The translations under genes and the position numbers were made by a program. The notes beneath the pieces are model-generated. The model searched no databases, was not told the origin of the DNA, and worked only from the letters and a program-made list of their open reading frames with translations. Below, piece by piece: positions 1-10,207 of a stretch of 64,000 nucleotides of DNA (position 1 is its first letter; every line of letters begins with the position of its first letter). Source of the DNA: the human T2T-CHM13v2.0 reference genome, Homo sapiens; assembly GCF_009914755.1 (NCBI RefSeq), contig NC_060927.1, one strand, 5' to 3'.

Positions 1-1469
1 AGTTTACAGGTGTATCTGCAGTGAATATTCAGATCCTTAGCTTAAGAAAGTGAGACCCAAGAGTATCTGAAAATGTTATAAGGCATGAGAACTGGCACTG
101 GTATCATCAGACAAGATTATAAGAAGCCTTTTAGACTATGACAGTATGCCAAACATTACAGGAGAAATACACGCCCACAGTAATATTTGAGGAGGAAAAC
201 CAGTATAACTAACTGAGGTAGAAACAGCACTACACCAACATGGCACCCAGCCGGTTAAACATCTCCTTCCACAAAACTTTCCTCTGGAGAAGTTTGATGA
301 CCCTATGACCACCCTCATAATATCCTAGTGATCACATGAGATTCTGCAGAACAAATTCTCTACATGAACTTGGGATCTTCCTTGTCCAGATCATTTGAAG
401 CTGTCATACCGGAAGGGGCATTCTGTGTTGACAGCAGAATGACATGCCTCATTCTCTAATTTTGATGGTCTTTCATGCTGCTGTTGTGATAGAGCCAGTG
501 TAGAGAGGCAGCACTTCCACAAGAGCAAAAGAGAGGCTTGCACAAAATAAAATCTGTATGAAGCAAGCTGAAAACAAGTTTTTTTTTTTTGTTTTTGTTT
601 TTTGTTTTAGCTTGGAGCCATGTTTTTCAAACTCTGGGAATGGGTTGCAAAATGGATGGAAATGTAATGACGTTTCCAGTTTTGTTTTTTGGCTGGCTTC
701 AAAACTAACAAGGTTTTGGAAAAAGATATAAAATTCATGGTAAAGTTTACACAAATTCTTCTGATTCGGAAATGGATACTGTAGCAATTAAGAGAAAACC
801 CCATTTATCTGTATTTGTAAATTATACATTATAAAAATCCTTCAGGAACTGAGAGTTCTTTAAAGTTCTATTGTAGAACTTTAAAACGTTTCATGCCAAG
901 TGGCCCTAAAGCATTTTCAACAGTGATGACTACCCTTGTTTATATATAAAGATTACCCACTCAAATGTAAACTGCCCTAAATGACCTCAAGTTCTCATCA
1001 ATATTCAAATCTCATCTTCGGTATGTTCATCAACAGCTGTATCCAAAAATCTATCTTGTGATAAAGTGTAGTCAATAAGCCCTATGCTCCTTAGAACTAA
1101 GTAACAGATACAAGCAGGAGACCAGGATGTTCAAGAATTGTCATCTCCAGTAAGTCTGTGGTCCTTCAAATCCAGTGGCCTGTACTTACCAGCCCTTAAT
1201 GATGCCACACTAGAATTCATGAATGTGTAATGGAGCTATCCTGTTGTGAGCAGCATACATGAGAAAATAACTTACTTCTTGAAGGCTACAGTAATTGGCT
1301 ATGCCCTAAAGCATGAGACTTGATTATTCTAACACATATAATTATGAAAGTTATTATAGGCATAAAATTAGCTCTTTTAAAAATGCAGCTACAGTACTAC
1401 TCAATGTGACCCTGAATCTTACTTTGTGGCCACATGTAGGTGTTCACACTGACAGCAAGTATTAATCAC

Positions 1470-1645
1470 AGACATATAAGGGAACCTTTCAGATGACTCC
1501 AGCCATGTGACCATGAGGGATGCCAAGAGAGAACAACTTGACTCCCCTAGAATTAAAAGATTTTCATTAAAAAAAAAAAAAGTGACTGTTAGTCTTTAGG
1601 CCATTGAGTTTGGGTGTGATTAATTATGCAATAGATGACTAGAAA
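1470..1645 (+). mobile_element. MLT1-family (MaLR) LTR 3' fragment
   Basis: gactgttagtctttaggccattgagtttgggtgtgattaattatgcaatagatgactagaa resembles the MLT1 3' terminus (ttttaagccactaagtttggggtggtttgttacgcagcaatagataact). Confidence 0.6.
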
Positions 1646-2719
1646 ACATGCATTTCTTAGCTCCCTCTTCAAATTCACTAAAGCCAGCAAGTGAATAAAA
1701 AGATATAACCCAAAGGATAGTTCTAGAGGAGACACAAGGTATAGAAAATGTCAACCCATTTTTGGAAGATATAACATGCAGACACAAGAAAATAATCACC
1801 AAAGTGCTTCAGACGGGGATGCCAGTGAAGACACAAAAGGGCTTCTGCCCCTGGAGGCTCACAAACTGGAGGCACAGGTGTCTTGGAAGGCCAGGATGGG
1901 ACTGAAGACGGGGATCAGTTAGGAATCTCTGTGAGGGATCATGACATCCTAAGATTCCCTAATGCCATGCTAGCAGAAAATAAGTTTTCTTTCTGGTGGG
2001 GGGATGGAGGGGCAATGGAGGGGAACAAAAGAACTAGAAGAGGCTGGGGACTCAGGGACACATGCATGGCTAATACCAAGGTTATTATACTTAACTGAAA
2101 ACAAACGGCTAAGTCTACATGCTCACCAGTAGAACTCTCCCCTCCACCTCTTATCCTTAAGATTGACACAGACAGTTCCTACTTAGGTAACATTTAAAAA
2201 ACAAAAAACTTCCCTTGGAACAACACATACTCTAAAAACAGGGATCAAGGGTCAGTGCATTTTTCTGAGAATGTAACTTTCCATCCGATTCTCAAAGAGG
2301 TTCATGCCTATCTCAAAGGACAGAACTACTATTCTGAGATATTTGAGCCAAGTACAACTTGGAAGTAACACTTTTTCAAGGCCCAGGAAGCCCCAGAGAC
2401 TAAAGGGGTGTGAGTCTCAGAAAAGCAGTTCAGGAAGAGGCTAGGAAATGCATTCTTGGTGTCCCTGCATTCTCATACCATTAATCCACCACAGGGAAAA
2501 CAGCCTTTCTCTATTCTCCTCTTGGGAAGAACAAGGGCCATTTATATAGAAGTTGAGGCCTCCCCAAATAGCCTGGCAGGCTGTGCTAGAGCTTGACTTT
2601 GACACAGCATGGAGATGCGTAGAAGAGTTTTCTTCCTCTCACAGCCCTCAAGGACAGAAGAGAAGAAACAAGCAGAGAGAGCTACTAATAAATGTTCCAC
2701 CCCTTGCTAGCCAGGCAAC

Positions 2720-2850
2720 TTTGGAGGAATCATCCTCTTTGTTTAGGTCTCGGCCTATTTAGCTGCAAAAACAGGATAATACCATCTACTTCACAAGGTT
2801 ATTGTAAGATTAAACAGGATAAGGTATTAAGTGTAAGGAATGTGCAATCT
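2720..2850 (+). mobile_element. MIR SINE fragment
   Basis: MIR core-like gctgcaaaaacaggataataccatctacttcacaaggttattgtaagattaaa. Confidence 0.65.
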
Positions 2851-2888
2851 GCTCTTCAGAGATTATATCTATCTGTCCAGATTCCATA

Positions 2889-3177
2889 CTTTTTTTCTGA
2901 GACAGGGTCTTGCTCTGTCACCCAGGCTGGAGTGCAGTGGCACAACCATGGCTTACTGCAGCCTTGACTTCCCTACCTCCCCAGGCTCAAGCATTCCTCC
3001 TATCTCAGCCTCCTGAGTAGCTGAGACTACAGGGGCAGGCCAACCCCAGCTAATTTTTGTATTTTTTAGTGGAGACAGTGTTTCGCCATGTTGCCCACGC
3101 TGGTCTCAAACTCAGGCAATCCACCTGCCTCAGTCTTCCAAAGCACAGGGATTACAGGCGTAAGCCACTGTACCTGA
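2889..3177 (-). mobile_element. AluJ-like SINE
   Basis: polyT followed by gagacagggtcttgctctgtcacccaggctggagtgcagtgg; diverged. Confidence 0.9.
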
Positions 3178-3246
3178 CTCAGATTCCACAGTTAAAAAAA
3201 GGGGGTGGGGATAGGTGGCTAACAGCAATTACGTGAGGTTTAAAAG

Positions 3247-3252
3247 TTTATT
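3247..3252 (-). terminator. FGD5-AS1: Polyadenylation signal AATAAA of the minus-strand lncRNA
   Basis: tttatt on + strand, preceded in the RNA by a dense UGUA cluster. Confidence 0.75.
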
Positions 3253-4139
3253 TTACAACCATGTAATTGTACAAATGATATAAACAGAAGTCAGATAAAA
3301 TTATTAGTACATATATAGTACTAAAGCATAAACTATTACAGAAAATTTGATACAAAGTTGTACATAAGTACTTGTAAAGGCAATTAAGCTTCCCCAGTCT
3401 ATGGGAATACAAAAGTTGCCAGCAATTAATTTACATTACAAAAAAGGAAAACCATTATTTATGCTATCACAAAAGCAATACCCTTAAAAGTAAAAACAAT
3501 CTCCACTTGATATTAGTAATTTGAAAAACTTAGCATATCTACAACTACTGCTTAATCAACACTTTTCATTGATTCAACATTATCACTTAAATGCAGATGC
3601 AAAATAACCTTGCATGGCAAACATGTTTACTCTGTGCTAATGAAACTATGAAACAGTTCCTGCAAGTTCACAGACAAGTCAATCAATGATTGACTACAGA
3701 ACAGACTGGTGAGTGTTACAAAAAAAAAAAGACCTGCCCAGGGGACCACTAGGGGTGGAGGAAGAACACCTGGGTCTCACTCACTGGGCACTTGATGCTT
3801 TCATTTTTATCTGTAAGCCAGGGGACAATTATATTAATATTGTATGAATACACTGCTACTGGGAAAAGCATTCATTCAACAGATGCCCACTACATACTCT
3901 GTACCAGGTAGTGTGTTAAGTGCTGAAACAGGGAAGGACAAGGCACATCCTACGGGGGCTCGCAGTGTGGGCAGGTGCTGAGCTAACGCACACACACAAG
4001 GGCTGGGTACTGCCAGATCTGTATCACTCCGGAGCAACGACCTGTCTCTCTGAATGATCTCTGGCATGGTAAAAGAGTTAACTGTATTTCAAAAGGTGAA
4101 ACAAAACTTTTTTTGCTTTGTTATGCATGTTTCAAATTG

Positions 4140-4270
4140 ATCAGTGGTTCAGGCCTGGAGTATGCATCAGAATTATCTGTGAAGCTTAGTGAAAGTGCTG
4201 ATGCCAGAGCCCACCCAAAGCTTACTGCTTCAGAACCACTGGGGACCTGGCAGTTCTGATGTGCACGACT
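4140..4270. mobile_element. MER5A-like hAT-Charlie MITE
   Basis: cagtggttc...tgcatcagaattatctg...tgctgatgccagagcccaccc...ttctgatgtgcac matches the MER5A pattern. Confidence 0.6.
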
Positions 4271-5015
4271 AGTCAAGAATCCTTTAAAGGCTGATAAAGC
4301 AATCTTGAAATCACTGTCAATGCAAAAGTGGATGTTCCTCATTAATAAGAACTCAAAAAATAAAGTACAGCTAGTATAAGACTTGTTTTTTGTGCCTATA
4401 AAACCCAAGTGTTAGCTACTTTCTAACTATAAAATTCTATCCAAAAAGACTTGCAGTCAAAACACCGAGCCAAAAAACAAAAAAGGCACCAAAGCAGTGC
4501 CGACTTCAATGTGCAAAGGCCTTTTACGTGCTGATATTGTAAGCAATCTGTGTGCATGTGTACATATGCATCTGTTTTCAGGGAAAGAAAAGCTGTTAAA
4601 GCCAATTAAGGTTATGAATTCTTGCTACTACTTTAATATTAAACCTTTAAGTGAAAATTTATTGAACACTATTACAAATGTGGCAAACTGACATAGCTGG
4701 TTTACTGCACAAACTTTAATGTCAAAGGGATTAGATCAGAGCTCCAGTCTCACTTACTGGGCCTATAACATTGTGCAGGGCACTTATCTCACCTCAGGAA
4801 AATGGAAGTAACTGCTTCATTTTACAGAGGTATTAAATGAAAGAAATGAGAAAACTATAAACCAACATTGAAGCCTGAATTATTGCTTAGTATTTAAAGT
4901 CTAGTACAATTGCAATGTTTTTAATAAAAAAACTCATTGATAGGTGTATTTTTACAGTGTATCTAAAAGCAGCATTTAACATTAAAAACTTAGTATTTAA
5001 AAGAGTACACAACCA

Positions 5016-5448
<433 letters not shown>

Positions 5449-5520
5449 AAAAGAGTACACAACCACAAAGCACTGGGCCAAATGCATTGTTTCCATGTTT
5501 GCAAGGATTTACCATAGAAA

Positions 5521-6740
5521 TATTAGGTTGATGCAAAAATTAAATTTCCAGACTGCGAATTTTAAATCATTGTAACTACGCTAAAACATATTCTATTAAT
5601 CAAAACAGGAACCATTACAATCAACACATTTTTGCCAATGAGAAATGTTTGTTTATTCCTGTAGCATAAAAATCCGTGCTTCAGGATTTGACGAACTCTT
5701 GGAAAGCATTTTCTGCACCATGCTGAAGTGTTTTCCCTGCAAAAAGTTGTCAAGATGCTAGCAGAAGTGGTAGTCAGTTGGCGAAAGGTCAGGTGAATAT
5801 GGTGGATGAGGCAAAACTTTGTAGCCCAATTCCTTCAACTTTTGAAGCACTGGTTGTGCGACACGCAGTCAGGTGTTGTCGTGGAGAAGAATTGGGCCCT
5901 TTCTGTTGACCAATGCAGGCAGCAGGTATTGCAGTTTTCGGTGCATCTTACCAATTTGCTGAGCATACTTCTCAGATGTAATGGTTTCACCAGGATTCAG
6001 AAAACTGTAGTGGATCAGATGGGCAGCAGACCACCGAACAGTGACCATGACCTTTTTTTTGGTGCAAGTTTGGCTTTGGGAACTGCTTTGGAGCTGCCTC
6101 TTGGTCCAACCACTGAGCTGGTTGTTGTATAAAATTCACTTTTCATTACATGTCACAATCCGATTGAGAAATGGTTTGTTGTTGCGTAGCATAAAAGAAG
6201 ACTACACTTCAAAACGATAGTTTTGATTTCCGCTCAGCTCATGAGGCACCCACTTATCAAGCTTTTTCACCTTTCCAATTTGCTTCGAATGCTGAACGAC
6301 CCTAATGACCGTAGAATAGTCAACGCTGAGTTCTTCTGTAATTTTTCATGTAGTTCAATGATTGCTCTCAATTGGTCGTTGTCAACTTCCCATGGCCCAT
6401 ATCACGTTCCTCATCTTCAAGGCTCTCTTCCTTGCAAAACTTCTTAAGCCACCACTGCACTGTATGTTTGTTAGCAGTTCCTGGGCCAAATGTGTTACTG
6501 ATGTTTTGAGTTGTCTTCGCTGCTTTATGAACCATTTTGAACTCGAATAAGAAAACTGCTCCAAATTTGCTTTTTATCTAACATCATTAGACAAAAAGCA
6601 TATTCTAAAATAAACAGCAATAAGTCATTAGCAAAAAAATAAAGTGAGAAATGTGCATTAAAATGATCCACATTTATTTAAGAATGTATTCCAATATCAA
6701 ACAGCAAATTTCAAAAATGCAAAAACGCAATTGCTTTTGC
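5521..6740 (-). mobile_element. Hsmar1 mariner transposon, near full length, transposase inactivated
   Basis: TIR remnants tattaggttgatgcaaaa (5521) and gcaaaaacgcaattgcttttgc (6719-6740); minus strand gives Hsmar1 transposase motifs MMLDKKQI, KWVPHEL, LLHDN, HPPYSPDLSPTDYH, WQKCVDCNGS with frameshifts. Confidence 0.93.
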
Positions 6741-7443
6741 CTCTCAGGTACATCACTTGACCTTTCTAGTTCTCACCCACTTCACCCCTAAAATCGGAAA
6801 ATCTTTCTGCAAGAAAAAAATTTGACCACATTCCCTTAAGGCCTCTTCCAATTTCAAGAGCTGTGCTTTACCATGACAAAACGAACCTAGCTCTTTTCCC
6901 AATTTTGCAACGTCAGAAAAAGGAGGAAGGGGAAATAGCTGTGTTTAAAACATTTTTTACCAAATAGAAATATTATAAGATTATGGAAAAAAAAATACTA
7001 AATGTTGGAGTCATCCTGATAAAAACCCAAATGGATACTGTGTGGGAAAAAAAGTTAACCCATCCATTCTGGAGTCAATATTTATTCTTAATAAGCAAGA
7101 AAACTGAAGAAAAAAAATCAGTATAAGATCTACAGCCTGTAGCCTAAACACTTCAGGGCATTTAGGATAAATAAGCGCCTGCACCTTCCCAGGCAAGTCA
7201 AAACCACGACATAAAACAGAGAAATATGTAAGGAAAACCTACAGCCCAAGAGTTTAAGAGCAAGACAGGCCAATTTCTTCAAATAAATTTAAGCAATGCT
7301 GCTAAAAGCTGCTTTACACATCCCTATTACCATGTACTACTTCCAAATTTCGAGGAGGAGGGGCATGGAATTACACAAGATCTGGATCGTATGTTTACTA
7401 AGAAACCAAAAATTATAGGTTCTGGGGCGTTTCAACATTTCAC

Positions 7444-7484
7444 CTGAGATGGCCAGAACGGGCGCATCTTTAGACCTTTAAAAC
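7444..7484 (-). ncRNA. FGD5-AS1: Candidate 41-nt internal exon of FGD5-AS1
   Basis: Acceptor gtttttaatttag|G at 7485/7484; donor CAG|gtgaaa at 7444/7443. Confidence 0.45.
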
Positions 7485-8062
7485 CTAAATTAAAAACTAT
7501 CAGTACCGAGGAAGGGCCGAAGAGCTCAATACCCACCCAATACAACCCCCACTTCCGACCTACAGACGCTCTGCTGAGCGGCTGGGAGAATCCGTCGCGC
7601 CAGTCAGGGCCCGGCTTCTTCCAACAACAGACACTTTGCGAGCCTTCCAGAAGCCTTGGCTAAGCGAGAAGGCAGGGTGGAGGCCGCCACTGCGAGGACG
7701 GTCCCCACCCAGCTGCGAGGAGCTCGCGGTTCCCCAGAGGGGCGGGCCTGCGTCCGGGTAACCGTGCGCGACGTCCACGAGTTTTTAGGACGACCAGCCC
7801 TTCAGCCTCTAGGCCCCGACGCCTGCGCCATTTAAGCCACATATCCGCCCGCCCGGCCGCGGCCAAGGCCGGCGGCAGCTACGTAGCCGCCGCCGCCCGG
7901 GGCCCCACAGCCCACGGGCCGGATGGACCGAGCGCCGGCTGCGGCGTTCCGGTGCGCGCGCGCGCCTCAGCCAATCGCGTTCTCGCCCGCCCCCCGCCGC
8001 GGCGGCGAGGCTGGCGCTGGGAAGAGGAAGAAGAACATTCGCCCTCCTCCTACCAGCGCGCG

Positions 8063-8080
8063 GGCGGCGGCGGCGGCGGC
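8063..8080 (+). repeat. (GGC)6 trinucleotide repeat
   Basis: ggcggcggcggcggcggc. Confidence 0.95.
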
Positions 8081-8084
8081 ACCG

Positions 8085-8103
8085 GGGTCACGAACTCTGA
8101 CCT
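8085..8103. promoter_or_regulatory. Composite nuclear-receptor response element (DR1 + IR0-like)
   Basis: GGGTCA-CGAACT-C-TGACCT; minus strand reads AGGTCA g AGTTCG. Confidence 0.55.
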
Positions 8104-8337
8104 TTCACTGACAAAAACAATAACAAACCCCCCCTTCTCCGCGACCCCGGCGGCGCCCCCGGGCCCGTCCCCGCCACCCCGCTCCCACCTCGGCGTCTCG
8201 TCTCTCGCCCGCTGCCCCGCGAGCCCGCGGCCCCCGGGCTCCCGCCATCCGCCGACACCGGGAGCCCGGGCTCCCCGCGCCCTGCCCTCCGCGCCGGGGG
8301 CCGCCCGCCGCAGACACGGGACCCGCTTCGAGGCCGC

Positions 8338-8349
8338 TTTGGCGCCAAA
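8338..8349. promoter_or_regulatory. Palindromic E2F site
   Basis: Perfect 12-bp palindrome TTTGGCGCCAAA, TTTSSCGC on both strands. Confidence 0.65.
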
Positions 8350-8462
8350 TCCTGAGGTAAAATTGAAAGAGGGTCGGGCGGGCTCGGGCCGGCGGCGGAG
8401 GGGGCGGGCCTGGCGCGCGGACATGGAGGCGCCGCGGCGGCGGCTGAACCCGACCCTTTTAC

Positions 8463-8800
8463 CTTTGCCACGGGGTGGCGGCGGCGGCGCCCGGCGCTTT
8501 GCATAGTGGGCCGGGCCGCTCCCCTCCCCTCCCCGCCCGCGGCCGGGCGAAGCGAGCGGGTTCCCCCTGACCGGCCCGGCCGGCGCAAGGGTGGGGGTGG
8601 AGGGGGAATGGCCGCGGCCCCGCCTTATAGTTGGCCCTCCGCCAGCGCCGCCATTTTGTTCTCGACGGAGATGGCTCCGGCTGGGCGGGCTCCCTTCCTC
8701 CTTATCCTCCTCCTCCTCCCGCCTGCAGTCCCTTCTTCCTTCTCTGCCGGGATTTTCACCCCTCCGCTTCTAGTCCGCCTTTGGCGGCCGTCGCAGCCCA
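8463..8800 (-). ncRNA. FGD5-AS1: Candidate upstream first exon of FGD5-AS1, starting inside NR2C2 intron 1
   Basis: Donor AAG|gtaaaa at 8463/8462; minus-oriented YY1 site and upstream CCAAT boxes; 5' end estimated. Confidence 0.5.
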
Positions 8801-9519
8801 ACCGCCGTTTTTTCTGAAGGGGAGGGTAAAAGAAAAGGAGGAAGGCGGGTGCGAGGCGCGACCTCGTGAGCGACGGATGGGCTGGCTAATTGGCGCCCAG
8901 ATAGGAGGGCCGGGGCCTGTGGCACCGCCCCCCTAACCTTTGCTGATTGGCTGAGGCGGAAGAGGGTGGTCCTTATGGGGCGCGGGAGCCCTGGCGGGGC
9001 GGGAGTAGAGGCCGGGGCGAAGAGTGGGGCCGGGTCGGCGGGGGCGGGGCCGGGGGCGGGGCGCGAGGGGCGCGGCCGGGTGGAGAGGCCGGCGCCTGGT
9101 CTTGGGTCAGCAGGTGGGCTGCTTCCCTCCGCCTGGAACGCGTCTCGAATGAGTACTGAGGAACAATAGTAATAAAGGTGATGAAGCATTTCGAGTCCAC
9201 GATGCGCTCTCGTGGGAAGAGGTTTTCGGAACCAGGACACTTTTCAGGGCTCCTGCTCGTTATTTCGCAGCGGCCTTGGCGAATCCCCTAATGAGGCTCA
9301 ATTTTATCGACTGTAAATGGGGGGCATGCGCATTCTTGCCAGGCCGGACCTCCCTTCTGAGCATTGTTTGTGGGGCTCTACTCAGAAAATGGAGGCAACG
9401 CTACTTTGCGAGCTTCAGAGTCACTTGAAAATGGTGTTATTGTTAAAAATGGGATTACAGCCACCAGGAGAGGCAAGCGTTAAGGGTATTTGGGGTTTGA
9501 GAGAGCACAATTCGGGAGT

Positions 9520-9880
9520 GATTCTCTTCTCATTCGTTCGCTGAATACATGTTGACTTAGTTTTTTAGGCACTGGGGACACATCTGGAGAACCAGCTGTA
9601 CAAGACCCCTGCCCTCACTAGAGTTGGGGGCTGGGGGGTGAATAGACAAATAATTCCAGAGAGTCATAAGTTCTGTGAAAGAAAAGAAGCCAAATGACCT
9701 GCTGAAGAAGACCTGAGGCGTTAATTTAGATGGAATGGTCAGGGTGGCCTCTCTGAGTAAGTGATGTTTGAACAGAGGAACCCAAGGGAGGAATGGCATT
9801 CCAGACAGGACATCCCGTGTAACGGCCCTGGAGGAAGAGCATTTGATGTGATCGAGAACTGGCTGCTTGTGGCTGGAGAG
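9520..9880 (-). mobile_element. L2 LINE fragment
   Basis: cattcgttcgctgaatacatgttgac...ggtcagggtggcctctctgag...tttgaacagag...ggcattccagacag is typical of L2. Confidence 0.7.
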
Positions 9881-10207
9881 TTGGTTGGAACTAGTAATTG
9901 TCCATTATCCCACTTTGTTTCCAAGCCAAAGGCTGTGAAATATAGCAACGGTAGTGAGGAACAAATCTTCAATGTAATAAGAAAGTCGAGGAAAATACAG
10001 CCTTCATATGAATTACTGATGAATACATGACTTGGGAGGAGGGCCTCAGAAACTCACTTTACTTCCAGATTCAAATCCTTCGTCAGCCTCTTATATACAT
10101 TTTCAGTTCATCAAGTATTTCCTGAGTGCTACGAATACTCCAGGCACTATGTGCTAGGCTGGGAATACAAAAAAGTAAGACACTGGTCCTCAAACATGTG
10201 AATATGA

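Larger units (their letters stand above)
8035..8356 (+). other. NR2C2: NR2C2 (TR4) non-coding exon 1; 5' boundary uncertain
   Basis: GACCCGCTTCGAGGCCGCTTTGGCGCCAAATCCTGAG recognised from memory as NR2C2 5'UTR; donor GAG|gtaaaa at 8356/8357; no ATG in the exon. Confidence 0.85.
7550..9300. promoter_or_regulatory. CpG island / bidirectional TATA-less promoter of NR2C2 and FGD5-AS1
   Basis: Very high GC and CpG; CCAAT 7971-7975, ATTGG 8889-8893 and 8946-8950; GC boxes ~8400 and ~9040-9062; YY1 CCGCCATTTT 8648-8657; ETS TTCCGG 7947. Confidence 0.95.

Noticed and set aside
5562-6564. ORF cluster of 60-108 aa
   Set aside because: Off-frame or antisense readings of the dead Hsmar1 transposase
7037-7105. 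Minus-strand acceptors at 7103 and 7037
   Set aside because: Good pyrimidine tracts but no unambiguous partner donor, so exon bounds cannot be supported
9165-9185. AATAAA and AAG|gtgatg at the CpG-island edge
   Set aside because: Weak donor and isolated hexamer; cannot distinguish from chance
7560-9240. Many overlapping 60-184 aa ORFs on both strands
   Set aside because: Expected in stop-poor CpG-island DNA; most start at GTG/TTG and are low complexity. Only the spliced ATG-8504 frame is kept as a hypothesis
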